64,000 nt of DNA from Deinococcus sp. (GCA_965261005.1 OZ253375.1:992001-1056000); one strand, 5' to 3'; shown: positions 24,107-37,771, numbered from the stretch's first letter. The notes: generated by a model from the letters alone, not told the origin. Numbers and translations: made by a program.

Positions 24107-24610
24107 TTAGCCTTTAAGCCGCGTTTCAAACGGCAGCGGCAGGATGCGCGTGACTGTGGCCTCGCGCGCCAGGGGATGCAGGGGGTTGAACACCAGGTTG
24201 TGCTCGTCGCGCTCCACCTCCAGCGGCACCAGGGCGCTGGGCACCCGCAGGGCCAGGTTGCCGCGCCCCGCCAGCCAGGCGTCCCCGAGTTGCATGGTCG
24301 CCTGGACGCGCTGCGGGGCGTTCCAACCCGGCGGCAGGTCGGCGAGGTCGAGGGAATCAAGGCCGCCTCTGGGCAGCTCGACGCGCATCAGGTGGTAATC
24401 CCGCGCGACCAGGTCCTCGGCGGTGGTGTTCGCCAGGACTTCGAGCATGGCGAGGCTGGGCAGCGAGGCCAGGTAAACGACGGGGTGGCCCTTGCTGTGC
24501 CAGCGTCCGCCGGAGCGCATCCCGCCGCCCCCGCTCATGGCGCGCGCGGGGTCGCTGCCGGGAACAATCCGCCAAGCGCTCACGGGTCCAGATGAAGCGG
24601 GATCAGACAA
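24107..24610 (-). CDS. RES-domain toxin (NAD+ phosphorylase/mART family)
   Basis: AWRI, SGGGG..GGRWHSKG.PVVYLA....LAMLE, LRVPSALVP..E..NLVFNPLHP; start uncertain (TTG 24610 or GTG 24583). Confidence 0.88.
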   Translation of the reverse strand: MSDPASSGPVSAWRIVPGSDPARAMSGGGGMRSGGRWHSKGHPVVYLASLPSLAMLEVLANTTAEDLVARDYHLMRVELPRGGLDSLDLADLPPGWNAPQRVQATMQLGDAWLAGRGNLALRVPSALVPLEVERDEHNLVFNPLHPLAREATVTRILPLPFETRLKG

Positions 24611-25028
24611 AGATACCCTCCTCAAGGGCGGCGATCAGCTCGATCACGGCCTCTGCGCCGATGTCGGTGCGGGCGTACTCCAGCGGCGTGTGGCCGTTCA
24701 GGGCGGGCCAGCGGGCGCTCAACCAAGCGTTGCCGCGCTCGCGGCCGAAGGAGTCGTGGGCGCGCTCGACCACGCGGGCGAGGCGCGCGGCGCGCTCGCC
24801 CTCCTCGGCGCTGAGGCGCCCTCCCGGCAGGCGACGCGCGTAGGTGCGCGGGCTGACGCCGATCAGGCGCAGGGTCTCGTCGCGCGGCAGGTTGACGGCC
24901 CGAGACAAATGGTCTATGGCCGAGGTCGGCACCCCCCGCTCAAAGGCCGCGATGAGTTCGTCGGTCGTGCGCGCGGTCAGGCCCAGCAGATTCGCGCCGG
25001 GCGTGTAGCGTTCTTGGTGAGTTGTCAT
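24603..25028 (-). CDS. Xre/MbcA/ParS-family antitoxin
   Basis: IGVSPRTYARR..GRLS.EE.ER..RLARV, WL....ALNG.TPL....TD.G...V...I..LE.G C-terminal pattern; directly upstream of the RES gene. Confidence 0.9.
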   Translation of the reverse strand: MTTHQERYTPGANLLGLTARTTDELIAAFERGVPTSAIDHLSRAVNLPRDETLRLIGVSPRTYARRLPGGRLSAEEGERAARLARVVERAHDSFGRERGNAWLSARWPALNGHTPLEYARTDIGAEAVIELIAALEEGIFV

Positions 25029-25063
25029 AAAGAACCTTTCCGCCGTTTGGCGTCGTCTTATTT

Positions 25064-25075
25064 TGCCATATGGCA
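25064..25075. promoter_or_regulatory. Palindrome, candidate Xre-RES operator
   Basis: Perfect TGCCATATGGCA plus related CGCCGTTTGGCG at 25041-25052 upstream of the antitoxin. Confidence 0.5.
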
Positions 25076-25123
25076 GCCAACTCCGTGTTCAAGCCGTCCC
25101 AAAAACGCGCTAGCATCTCGGCA

Positions 25124-25448
25124 GTGAACGGACACATCACCATTACCGAGGCGGCCCTGGCCTCCCTCATCGGACTGACGGCCCACGAGGTTCCCGGCGT
25201 GGTCGGCATGGCCCCGGCCACCTTCCGCGAGGGCATTCAAAAGGTGCTGGGGCGGGCACAGTCGCGCGAGGGCGTGGTGATCGCGCGCGAGGAGGGACGC
25301 TTCGCGGCCGACCTCTACGTCGTGGTCGCCTACGGCGTCAGCATCCCCACGGTGGCGCACAACATCGTCGAGCGGGTCGAGCACGCGACCAAGACGCTCG
25401 CGGGCGTGGACCTGACCCGCACCCGCGTCCACGCGGTGGGGGTGCGCC

Positions 25449-25456
<8 letters not shown>
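25124..25456 (+). CDS. Asp23/Gls24 family envelope stress protein
   Basis: AHEVPGVVGMAP, DLYVVVAYGVSIP; precedes DAK2 gene as usual; GTG 7 nt after TAGCAT. Confidence 0.88.
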
Positions 25457-27014
<1,558 letters not shown>

Positions 27015-27016
27015 CT

Positions 27017-28300
27017 GTGATTGACCCACATGATGTTCCGGTGCCCACCGAGGTCGCCCCCGACGCCAAGCCTGCCCGGCGCGTCACCTGGGATTCTCGA
27101 CAGGTGGACTCACAGACCGCCTTCGCGGCCTTGATTGGCGAAAAGACGCACGGCAACCAATTCTTGCGCGAGGCCCTTTCAAAAGGCGCCCCCTTCGTGC
27201 TGACCGACCAGGACGTGCCCCGGGCGGTGCGGGTCAGGAGCGCGACCGCCGCCCTGCGCGCTTGGGGCCGCGCGGCGCGCGACAAGGCGGCGGCCCCGGT
27301 GGTCGGCATCACCGGCTCGGTGGGCAAGACGACCGCCAAGGCCCTGGTCACGGCGGCTGTAGCGGGGCGCTCGATGCCGGTGTTCAACACCCTGAACGCG
27401 CTGGCCTGCTTTCTGCTGGAGGAAAGCGAGGGGAGCGCCCCGCTGGTGCTGGAACTGGGCATCGACCGGGTGGGCGAGATGAGCGAGCTGATGGCCCTGA
27501 CCGCTCCCGACGTGGGCGTGGTGACGGCGGTGGGCGAGGCGCATCTGGAAGCTTTCGGCAATTTGAGCGTGACCGCCCGCGAAAAGGGGCTGGTGCTGAA
27601 TGCTCCCTTTGGCCTGGTGGGCCTTCAGGCGGGCAGGTGGTATCCCGGCGTGCCGACCTACGGCTTTGGGGACGCCGACTACGCGGGGAAGGATTTGGTG
27701 CTCTCCCCCGCCGGGGCCAGCTTCAGCTACCGGGGCGTGCCGGTGGATTTGCTGGGGGCGAGCGGAACGCGGGCCGAGGCCGCCGTGCTGGGCCTGGCGC
27801 TGGCGGAACATCTGGGCCTGGACTTGACGGCGGTGGCGCGGCGCTTGGCGGGTGCGGAGGTTCCAAAAGGGCGCTTCACGGTCCACCCCGGCCCCTTTAC
27901 CGTCATTGACGACGCCTACAACGCCAGCCCCCCCAGCGTGGCGGCGGCCCTGGACACGCTGGCGGCTTATCCGGGGCGCAAAATCGCGGTGCTGGGGCGC
28001 ATGCTGGAACTGGGACCCCGGGAGCGCGAGCTGCACGCGCGGGTCGGCGCCCACGCCCGCGCGGCGGCCGACCTCACCTTCGGGGTGGGCACCTACGCCG
28101 CCGAGCTGGGCGAGGCGGCCTACCCCGGCACGGGGGAGCTGCTGCCCGCCCTACTGGACGCCGTGCGGCCCGGAGACACCGTGCTGGTCAAGGCGTCGCG
28201 CGGCCTGAGCTGGTCCCCCGAGCGGCGCGCACATGAGGGGGTGGGCCTCGATAACGTGGTGGCGGCCCTCTTAAAGGCGCAGGGCGATTTGGTGATATGA
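27017..28300 (+). CDS. murF: UDP-MurNAc-tripeptide:D-Ala-D-Ala ligase
   Basis: GITGSVGKTT, IDDAYNASP, GRMLELG, LVKASRG. Confidence 0.93.
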   Translation: MIDPHDVPVPTEVAPDAKPARRVTWDSRQVDSQTAFAALIGEKTHGNQFLREALSKGAPFVLTDQDVPRAVRVRSATAALRAWGRAARDKAAAPVVGITGSVGKTTAKALVTAAVAGRSMPVFNTLNALACFLLEESEGSAPLVLELGIDRVGEMSELMALTAPDVGVVTAVGEAHLEAFGNLSVTAREKGLVLNAPFGLVGLQAGRWYPGVPTYGFGDADYAGKDLVLSPAGASFSYRGVPVDLLGASGTRAEAAVLGLALAEHLGLDLTAVARRLAGAEVPKGRFTVHPGPFTVIDDAYNASPPSVAAALDTLAAYPGRKIAVLGRMLELGPRERELHARVGAHARAAADLTFGVGTYAAELGEAAYPGTGELLPALLDAVRPGDTVLVKASRGLSWSPERRAHEGVGLDNVVAALLKAQGDLVI

Positions 28301-28309
28301 ATCGGTCTT

Positions 28310-29053
28310 GTGAACTCGTCTAGGTTGTTCAGGCTTTTTTTTGCCGTTCTCCCGCTGCTGCTGGCCGCCTGCGCCCCGCGCGCATCCGGGGGCGCCCCCT
28401 TCGCGGCGGCCTTTTCGGGGGGCGGGGTGGTCTGGACGGCGAACGGGCGGACCTTTGTGGCCCGCGCCCCGCAGTTCGCGCCCGAGGCGGTGCGCACGCC
28501 GGGCCGGGTGGCGGACGTGGCTTGGCAAGGCGAGGGCGCCTGGGTGGCCTTGCCGGACGCGGGCTGGGTGCAGCGCGTCACCGGCGCCCCCGGCGTGGTG
28601 CGCGCGGGGCTGACCGTCAAACTCAGCGCGGCGCGCGTCTACCGTGAGGACGGCAGCGCCGTGACCTACTTAGGGGGACCGGCGACGGGGTTGCTGGGGG
28701 CGCCGGACGCCGTCATGACCGGCGGCGACGGGCTGGACTACGCGCTGGAGGGCGGCAAGCTGTACCAGCTCGGCGCGGCGCGCAGCTTGATTCGCGAAGG
28801 GGCGGGCGGCCCATATCTGGTCGCCACCCCGCAGGGGGCCGTCACCTCGACGGTGCCGGCGGCCGTGCATGACGGCGACCTCTACCGCCTCACGGGCGGC
28901 CAATTGGAGCGGGTGGACGCGGCCGGCGCCGTGCGCGCCGCCGTGCCCCACGCGCCGGGCCTGATCGGGCTGGCGGGCAACTTGGTCGTGACCATCACGC
29001 CGGGGGGCCAGCTGCGCCTGTTCCGCTACGATCTGTCCGAGGTGAAGCGGTGA
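28310..29053 (+). CDS. Hypothetical lipoprotein within the dcw cluster
   Basis: Lipobox LAAC after a hydrophobic stretch; co-oriented between murF and mraY. Confidence 0.7.
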   Translation: MNSSRLFRLFFAVLPLLLAACAPRASGGAPFAAAFSGGGVVWTANGRTFVARAPQFAPEAVRTPGRVADVAWQGEGAWVALPDAGWVQRVTGAPGVVRAGLTVKLSAARVYREDGSAVTYLGGPATGLLGAPDAVMTGGDGLDYALEGGKLYQLGAARSLIREGAGGPYLVATPQGAVTSTVPAAVHDGDLYRLTGGQLERVDAAGAVRAAVPHAPGLIGLAGNLVVTITPGGQLRLFRYDLSEVKR

Positions 29054-29081
29054 AACGAAGGCTGATTCGGAAAGCTGCCCC

Positions 29082-30002
29082 GTGCTGATCGCCGCCCTGC
29101 TGTCGTGGTTTTTGGTCGGCCTTCTCATTCGGGTATCGCGCGCTCGCGGGTGGGGCCAGAAGGTGCGCGCCGAGGGGCCGCAGACGCACCTCATCAAGTC
29201 GGGCACGCCCACGGCGGGCGGCGTCGGCTTCGTGCTGGCGCTGACGTTGGTGTGGCTCGCCCTGTACATCGGAAATCCCGATCCGAAGCAGCTGGTCGTG
29301 ATGCTCTCAACCTTGGCGATGGGCCTGATCGGCCTCGCGGACGACGTGCTCAAGATTCGCTCGCGCCTGACCGGCCGGGGGCCGTCCGAGCTGCGGGCGC
29401 GCGAGAAGTTTCCGCTGCAACTGCTGGTGGGGCTGGTCTTCGGCGTCTTCGCGTGGCTGCTCGCCCCGCCGCTGTGGCCGTTCTGGGGACCCCTCTTCGA
29501 CATCCCGCTGTACGCCGCCGTGATGGTGGGGGCGGCCAACGCCTTCAACTTCACCGACGGCCTGGACGGCTTGCTGGGGGGAGTCAGCATTATCGTGCTG
29601 CTGCCATTGGTCGCCCTGGGCACGCCGCTGGCCGCGCTGATGGTGGGGGCGCTGCTGGGCTTTTTGTGGTTCAACGCCCACCCGGCGCGGGTCTTCACGG
29701 GGGACATGGGGTCGCACGCCATCGGCGCCCTGGTCGCGGGCAGCTATGTGCTGAACGGCTTCGGCAACTTCACCTGGCTGCTGCCCGTCGCGGCCGTCAT
29801 CCCGGTCGTCGAGGTGCTGAGCGTCGTGATTCAGGTGGCCTACTTCCGGCGCACGGGCGGCAAGCGCGTGTTCAAGATGACGCCCATCCACCACCACTTC
29901 GAGCTGTCGGGCTGGGCGGAGACCAAGGTGACGCTGCGCTTCTGGCTGGTGACGGCCCTCGGCACGCTGATCGCGTGGTACCTCATGGGCGGACGGCCGT
30001 AA
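29082..30002 (+). CDS. mraY: Phospho-N-acetylmuramoyl-pentapeptide transferase
   Basis: [35 protein letters not shown]. Confidence 0.95.
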   Translation: MLIAALLSWFLVGLLIRVSRARGWGQKVRAEGPQTHLIKSGTPTAGGVGFVLALTLVWLALYIGNPDPKQLVVMLSTLAMGLIGLADDVLKIRSRLTGRGPSELRAREKFPLQLLVGLVFGVFAWLLAPPLWPFWGPLFDIPLYAAVMVGAANAFNFTDGLDGLLGGVSIIVLLPLVALGTPLAALMVGALLGFLWFNAHPARVFTGDMGSHAIGALVAGSYVLNGFGNFTWLLPVAAVIPVVEVLSVVIQVAYFRRTGGKRVFKMTPIHHHFELSGWAETKVTLRFWLVTALGTLIAWYLMGGRP

Positions 30003-30038
30003 GCCGCGTGCATTTATGGTTACACTGCGCGTAACGTC

Positions 30039-31336
30039 ATGACATCAACTCCAAACTTCCTGATCTACGGCCTGGGGCGCAGCGGGCGGGGGGTGGCGCG
30101 CTTTCTGGGACGGCAAGGTTTGCGCGCCGAGTGGCTCGACGCCAACCCCTCGGCGGCCGACCTCGACGTGGTGGCGCAGCTTGGGTTTCCTGCGGGCGAC
30201 CCGGCAAGAATGTACCGAACCGTCGTGGCCGCCCCCGGCGTGCCGATTGACCATTCCGACCTGACACTGCTTCGTAGAAACGGCGCCGAGGTGATCGGCG
30301 AGGCCGAACTGGCCCAGCGCTTTTTCAGCGTGCCCATCCTCGGCGTGACCGGCACGGCGGGCAAGGGGGGCACCTCCAGCTTGAGCGCCCAGCTGCTGAG
30401 CGCCCTCGGCGTGTGCGCGGCCCTCGGCGGCAACTTCGACCCGCCCCTGCTCGACGTGATCGAGGGGGCCGAGGTGGCGGTCGCCGAGCTGTCGAGCTTT
30501 CAATTGGAGCGCGTGCAGGACTTCCGGCCGGCAGTCGCGGTCATCACCAACCTGGGTATAGACCACCTCGACCGCCACGGCAGCGTGGGGGCCTACCATG
30601 CGGCCAAGCGCAACATCACGCGGGCGCAGACGGAGGCGGACGTGCTGATCCTGCCGCAGGGATTAGACCTGCCGACAAAGGCGCGGGTCCGACGCTTCGA
30701 CGGGAACAGGCTCGCGCTCTCGGACGGCCAGGAGGTCCTGTCCCCCTTCGAGCTGCCCGCCGGGCACCATCCCGCCAACGCGGCGGCGGCGCTGCTGGCG
30801 GTGGAGGCGATGATGCAGGGGTTGCACCGAGTGCTGGATGTGGCGAGCTTGCGCGCCGCCCTGCTGGCCGCCGAGCCGCTGCCGGGCCGCTTCGAGACGG
30901 TGGCCGCCTCGGGCGATCTGCGCTTCGTCGAGGACTCCATCGCCACCCGAACCTTGGCGGTGCGCTCAGCCCTGGAGCGCGCCACGTCCCCCATCGCCTG
31001 GATCGTGGGCGGGCGCGACAAGGGCGCCGACCTGGCCCCCTTGGAGGAACTGGCGGCGCAAAAAGTCGCCCATCTGGTCGCCTACGGCGAGGACGGCCCC
31101 AAGTTCGCGGCGCACTTTCGGGGATGTTCGGGCGTGCCGGTCAGCCTGATTGAGGCGCGGGACGGCGAGGCCGCCATGCGGGCGGCGGTGCGAACGGCGG
31201 CGGGCGCCCTGCCGGGAAGAGGCACGGTGCTGCTGGCCCCCATCGGGACCAGCTTTGACCTCTTCGCCGACTACAAGGCGCGCGGGCGGGCTTTCGCAAA
31301 GGCGGCGCGCGAGCTGGTTGAAGGGCGGGTGAACGC

Positions 31337-31340
<4 letters not shown>
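30039..31340 (+). CDS. murD: UDP-MurNAc-L-Ala:D-Glu ligase
   Basis: YGLGRSG, GVTGTAGK, ELSSFQLE, DHLDRH, GGRDKG, SFDLF..Y..RG..F. Confidence 0.92.
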
Positions 31341-32464
<1,124 letters not shown>

Positions 32465-32538
32465 AGTCTTTCGCCGGGCAAGTATACTTTTTAAGTCTTT
32501 ACAAAGCGTTTGATTCGTCTTACTTAAAGGGGTTATGT

Positions 32539-34665
32539 GTGGCCGATTACGAGGAGCGCAAGCCGCAAGGTCAGCAAAGGACAGCCGCAGCGCCGCAGAT
32601 CGCCTACATCCCCCCGCTGCCGATCCCGGATCAGGCCGCCCTGCACCAAGAGCAACAGCAGCAGACGTTGCAGCGCTATCAGCACTTCTTCGCAACACCG
32701 GACCTCGCCCAGCGTTCGAGCGCCGCCCCAGTCCTCGAAGCGGCTCAGGTCCAACGTACCTTGGTTTTACAGCGCCAGCAATCGCAGTTGGCCTTGCAGC
32801 GTCAGATTGAGGCGCTGAGCGAGGGGCTGCCTCCTGATGCCCTACAAGCCGCTTTAAGGCGTCAAGCCGAGCAAGCTGGGGTACCGGCTTTGCCCCCCAT
32901 CTTCAGCGGGCCGACCAGGTCACAGCCCTCCTACGCTGACCACGCCCAGCGCTACGCCCATGAAGCCGTTTCCTTGCAGCGGCAAGCCGACCAGCACAGC
33001 GGCTTCGTCGCCATGTCCGCTTGGCCGACCATTCAGCAGCGGGCGGCGCAGGACTTGGCGCAGCGCTTCCGAAGCGACCTTGCTACTCAGCGTTACGCCG
33101 AGTTGGGGCGCAGCTTGGCCCTGGTGCAACGCCAGCCGCAAGGGAAACAGGTGGCGCGGGTGGTGCTGCAACGTTTGCCGGCGGGTGAGCGGCCCATGGT
33201 GCAGAGAGCGCTGGACGAGGCTGAACAAGAGCATCAGCAGTACGGAGAACAAGATCGGAAGGCGTTGGAACTGCACGCCCTACAACGGAAGCTGACGGAA
33301 GAAGACGCCCTTGCTCCTGTCACTCTCCCGAGGGGAAGCGGTCAGCCCCTGCCTCTCGCGGTGCAGCGGCGGTTGGCAGTGGGGCTGAACATCCCCGGTG
33401 AGCACTTGCGAACCGTCCGGGTCCACGCCGACCCTGCCGCCCACAGCTTTGCGAAGTCGGTTCAGGCCATCGCCGCCACTACCGGAACGGACATCTTCTT
33501 CCAGCGAGGCAAGCTGGACACCGAGAGCGCCGAGGGGCAAGAGCTGCTGGCCCACGAGGTGACGCACACCTATCAGCAGGCGCAAGGGAAGGTGACGGGC
33601 AAGGGCATTGACCCCGACCCCGCTCTGGAGCAGGAAGCCAGGCTGGCGGGCAAGGCGTTTGCACAGAACGCTTCCGCCAAGAATATCCCGAGCGTTCTCA
33701 AGGCGCCGGTGGCGGACAAGTTCGCCTCCCTCAACACCTCTGCTCGCACCGTGCAGCGTTTGGCCGACGATCAGCAAAAGCACAACGGGGAGACGCAGGC
33801 GAACCGCGAAGCTCAGCCAGAACAGCAGGTCAAGAAGCTGGGCGTCATCAAGCAGGCGGACGGCGCGAACCTGCACGAGGCGCCCAAGGCGGACAGCCAG
33901 AACCTCATCCCGGCGCCGCTGCCCGTTGGAACCAAGCTGTTCGTTCTGAGTCAGACGGCAGACGGCTGGAGCAAGGTCAGCACGCCACAGGGAAAGAGCG
34001 GCTACGTACAAACGCTGCGTGTCACCACCGATCTGCCCGACCCTGGCGCCACCCTTATCCAGGTCGGCGAGGGCATGAGCGCCGTCGGCGTTGCGGAGCG
34101 CTTTTATAAGCCGCTGGTCAAGCCCGGTCAGGACTTGCGCTTTTACGTCAACGTCTTGGAACACGTCAATGCCCAGCGGGGCACCGGCGCTTTTCAAGGC
34201 GGGCAGACGCTCAAAAGTGGGGCGCTGCTGTGGGTGCCAGGGGGCGCGCTGGCCCAATCCTTGGCCGGCCAAGTGGGCAGCGGCAGCATCAGCGGCGGGC
34301 GGTGGGCGCAGGCCAAGGAGACGGTGGGCCATGGTCCCGGTGCCAGCATCCTGCGCTCGGTGTTGGAGTCGCCGCAGTACGCAAAGGAGGTGCTGGGCGA
34401 GGCGTGGGAAGCCGTCAAGGAACACTGGCCCGCCATCCTAGGAACAACCGCCGCCCTGGTCAGCGCCGAACTGCTGGTCGGCGCTTTGGCCGCCGCGCCG
34501 GAACCGACGACCATCACCAAGTTCTTGGCGGTCGGGTTGCAAGGGCTGATCACGGCGGTGGCAGGCGTGGGGGCCATCACGACGGGGGCGGCGGCTTTGA
34601 GGGAAGGCGAGGCGTGGTTGCGTCAGGCGTGGACGGCGCACGGGGACGCCGGCAAGCTGAACTGA
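32539..34665 (+). pseudogene. DUF4157 (eCIS core domain) polymorphic-toxin-like protein, truncated at the 3' end by an IS
   Basis: GSGQPLP..VQ..L...L......VRVH, A.A.T.G.DIFF..G, ELLAHEVTH (33553-33567); then SH3b-like, LysM-like and hydrophobic APEPT hairpin segments; stop codon lies inside the IS end. Confidence 0.85.
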
Positions 34666-35850
34666 CATATTGCAGTTTAAGGAGCGTGGGTAGGGATGGC
34701 GTCTTGAGCGGCGTCGAGGTCGGCGAGTTCGAGGAGCAGGGCGGCACGGCGCACGTCGGCGAGCAGGGTGAGCCGCAGGGCTTTGGCCAGTTCACCCCAA
34801 TCCGGCCACTCGCCAGGTGGCCGTGGTGGCAAGTCGAGATCGGCCAAGTGACACAGCAGGAAGGCCAAGGTCGAGAGGCACCAAAAGCGGAAGGCGCCCT
34901 GTTTGCTGTGCTGGGCAAAGCGTTCCAAACCGAAACGGCCTTTGATGGTTTTGAAGAACGCCTCGATCTTCCAGCGACGTTTGCCTACACGGGCCAGGTA
35001 GACACCGCCCAGTTTGCAGCTGGACATCACGAAACGCTGTTCGGGCTGCGTGTTGCGGTACAGCCAAACCCAAGAGACGGTCATGTGCTGACGCAGTCCT
35101 TGAGGGGTGACGGTCGAGCCACGCACGGTGAGGTCGGCGACGGTGCGGCCATCTGCGAGCTTGCGGTTTTTGCGCACGCCCACGATCAGATCGAACCCAA
35201 CGTCGAGGACACCGTGGATGAAGGTGGCACACTCGAAGCCGCCGTCGGCATGCACGCGCGCCTTTCGACCGCTGCTGAGCAACCCCTTGGGAACGCTGCG
35301 GAGCAGTTTAAGGGCCAGCACGGCGGGTGAGGGGGTGCCTTTACCGCGCCAGACCTGGACGGCCCAGGGCAAGCGGAGCGGACCACAGCAGAGGTAGAGG
35401 ACGACCAGATGAACGCCGTGGACGCCGTTGTAGACGTGCATCCAGTCATCCAACTGCTCAAAGTGGCCGGTCTTTTCCAAGCTGGTGAGGTCGATCAAGA
35501 GTTCGAGGCGGGGACGCTGGTGGGGAGCTGAGCGCCAGAAGTCGAGGAGCGTTTGCTGAGCGTGGTGACGCAGGGCGCGAACGAGGGAGCGGGTGGACCA
35601 GCCGTAGTGGTTGAGAAACCGGCTGATGGCAGCGGGAGACTTGACGGTGGCTTGACTGGGGAATGGTCGGCCCTTGGCTTCGAGGAGCAAGTCGAGGAAG
35701 ACGCGCAACGAGTCGCGGTGCTGCTTACGAGCGAAGCTCTTGAGGATGTCAGAATAGAGTTGTCTGGAACGTGCTTCTTTTGGATTCACACCCCAGCTTG
35801 GGGCCAAAACCGCGTTCCAGACAACCCCTATGAAATCTGCAACATGTCAG
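34662..35850 (-). mobile_element. IS701/IS4-like insertion sequence, copy 1
   Basis: TIRs CTGACATATTGCAG / CTGCAACATGTCAG; inverted duplicate of 44217-45405. Confidence 0.92.
34677..35807 (-). CDS. DDE transposase
   Basis: IDLTSLEK, ADGGF, RRWKIEAFFK; protein identical to 44260-45390. Confidence 0.92.
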   Translation of the reverse strand: MAPSWGVNPKEARSRQLYSDILKSFARKQHRDSLRVFLDLLLEAKGRPFPSQATVKSPAAISRFLNHYGWSTRSLVRALRHHAQQTLLDFWRSAPHQRPRLELLIDLTSLEKTGHFEQLDDWMHVYNGVHGVHLVVLYLCCGPLRLPWAVQVWRGKGTPSPAVLALKLLRSVPKGLLSSGRKARVHADGGFECATFIHGVLDVGFDLIVGVRKNRKLADGRTVADLTVRGSTVTPQGLRQHMTVSWVWLYRNTQPEQRFVMSSCKLGGVYLARVGKRRWKIEAFFKTIKGRFGLERFAQHSKQGAFRFWCLSTLAFLLCHLADLDLPPRPPGEWPDWGELAKALRLTLLADVRRAALLLELADLDAAQDAIPTHAP

Positions 35851-36051
35851 TTAATCCACGCCGCCACGCCCGAAAAGGTCAGCCCCGCTTAGCCCCGCGT
35901 CATGTGCCAGGCGCTCCTCCAGGCCGCTGCGCTGCCCCGGCAGCACTATAAAAAAGCCGCGCTTCTCCAATTCGTCCGCCGTGGTGACCGTCGGACAAAT
36001 ATGCCGCCGCTGCCGGCGGCCAGCACGACAGCCCGGCGTCTTGAGTGGCAT
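35851..36051 (-). pseudogene. Degenerate copy of the murG 5' end
   Basis: HICPTVTTADELEKRGFFIVLPGQRSGLEERLAHDAGL aligns with MurG HIFPAVATARELEKLGFSAVLLGQRGGMEERLAGEAGL; frameshifted VVLAAGSGG upstream. Confidence 0.8.
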
Positions 36052-36193
36052 GACACGCCGGAACACGGCGCATGACTTGGGAGTACCGTGACGAGCTGGG
36101 AAAATCCAGCTCTCTGCTGAAGATGAACGTGTGAAGCTTCGACGGCTCCCTCCAGTAGGCGGCGTTAGGTGTTTGCCGAAGAGCGGCGCAGGC

Positions 36194-37111
36194 TCACGGA
36201 ATGAGCACGATTTTGCCGTGGGTGTGACGCTTTTCCAGCTCGCGGTAAGCCTGGCGCACCTCTGAAAGCGGATACGTCGCGGCAATGGGAAGAACCACCT
36301 CGCCGCCCGCCACCATCGCGGCGATTTCGGAGACAATCGGCGAACTGCTCGCTTGGGCGCTGGCCTCCGCCTTGACCCCGAGTCGCTGGGCGGCCTCAAA
36401 ATCGGCGATGGTGTTGACACGCTCGGGGCTGATCCCCAGGTCAATCGCCACTTGGCAATAGCCGTCGCCGAAGCAGTCAATAAAGGCGTCAATCCCTTGT
36501 GGGGCGGCCTCACGCAGCCGCTCGGCCAACCCGTCGCCGTGCGCCACCGGGGTTACTCCCACCGAGCGCAGCCACTCAAAGTTGGCCGCCGAGGCGACGC
36601 CGATGACGTTCACCTCAAGCCGGCGCAGCATCTGCACCACCACGCTGCCGACGCCGCCCGCCGCCGCCGAGACGGCCACCGTGTCGCCTTGTTTGGCATC
36701 TACGGCCCGCACCGCCGCGTACGCCGTCGTGCCCACCACGTACAGCGAGCCGGCCACCTCCCAAGACAATTCAGGGGGCTTCGGAATCACCTGATCGGCG
36801 CTCAGCGCGACCTGCTCGGCTTGGCTGGCATGTTGCAAACCCCAGCACACCACCTCGTCGCCGACGGCCACCGTGTTCACGCCCTCGCCCACCGCCGAGA
36901 CGACACCTGCGCAGTCCCAGCCCTGGCCGGAAGGGAAGGTTAAGGGAAAGGCTTCGCGCATCCGGCCGCCGCGGATGACGGATTCGCCGATGTTAATTCC
37001 GGCGGCGCGGACATCGACGACCACCTGCCCTGGCCCCGCGGTGGGGGCGGAAAGATCGCCGATGTAAAGGACATCAATGTCGCCGTACCGATCAAATTGA
37101 ACTGCCTGCAT
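36194..37111 (-). CDS. NADP-dependent oxidoreductase (MDR/quinone reductase-like)
   Basis: VRAAGIN, G.DCAGVV..VG.GV, SAAAGGVG, HTHGKIVL. Confidence 0.9.
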   Translation of the reverse strand: MQAVQFDRYGDIDVLYIGDLSAPTAGPGQVVVDVRAAGINIGESVIRGGRMREAFPLTFPSGQGWDCAGVVSAVGEGVNTVAVGDEVVCWGLQHASQAEQVALSADQVIPKPPELSWEVAGSLYVVGTTAYAAVRAVDAKQGDTVAVSAAAGGVGSVVVQMLRRLEVNVIGVASAANFEWLRSVGVTPVAHGDGLAERLREAAPQGIDAFIDCFGDGYCQVAIDLGISPERVNTIADFEAAQRLGVKAEASAQASSSPIVSEIAAMVAGGEVVLPIAATYPLSEVRQAYRELEKRHTHGKIVLIP

Positions 37112-37125
37112 ACTGACCCCTTTCG

Positions 37126-37178
37126 ATGATGTCATCATCTGTCATCAGGGTAGCACATGATGTCGCCCCCTGTCATCA
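37126..37178. promoter_or_regulatory. Two candidate TetR operator sites
   Basis: ATGATGTC-N6-TGTCATCA repeated at 37126-37147 and 37157-37178 between divergent genes. Confidence 0.6.
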
Positions 37179-37207
37179 CCTGGCTTGACATGATGTAAGC
37201 TGCGAAG

Positions 37208-37771
37208 ATGGGACGCTGGAAATCTGGGGCGCGGGGCCGTTTGGAGCAGGCGGCGCTGGATCTCTACAGCGAGCGCGGCTTTGAACACACCACGGTGGCC
37301 GAGATCGCGGCGCGTGCGGGCCTGACAGACCGGACCTTCTTCCGCCACTTCGCCGATAAACGTGAAGTGCTCTTCGGCAGTGCCGGCTACTTGCAGGCGT
37401 TTTTGGTGGGCAAGGTTGCCGAGGCCCCGGAAAGCGCAGCGCCGATGGACGCCGTGATGGCGGCGCTCGGCGCGGCAGACGAGTTATTCCCAGAAAACCG
37501 TGAACTCGCTCGTCAACGCCAACGCATCATCGCCGCGAACGTCGAGTTTCAGGAGCGCGAGCTGCTCAAACTCGCCTCGCTCTCCGCCGCGCTGGCCGCC
37601 GAGTTGCGAAGCCGAGGTACTCCGGATCCGGCGGCCACGCTGATCGCCGAAACTGGAATTGCCCTCTTCAAAGTCGCGTTCGAGCGCTGGATAGACGAGA
37701 CAAATCAGCAGGACTTCGCGCAGTTGATTCGGGGCGCGCTGGATGAGCTGAGGACCGCCACTGCCGGGTGA
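37208..37771 (+). CDS. TetR-family transcriptional regulator
   Basis: ERGFEHTTVAEIAARAGLTDRTFFRHFADK HTH. Confidence 0.93.
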   Translation: MGRWKSGARGRLEQAALDLYSERGFEHTTVAEIAARAGLTDRTFFRHFADKREVLFGSAGYLQAFLVGKVAEAPESAAPMDAVMAALGAADELFPENRELARQRQRIIAANVEFQERELLKLASLSAALAAELRSRGTPDPAATLIAETGIALFKVAFERWIDETNQQDFAQLIRGALDELRTATAG

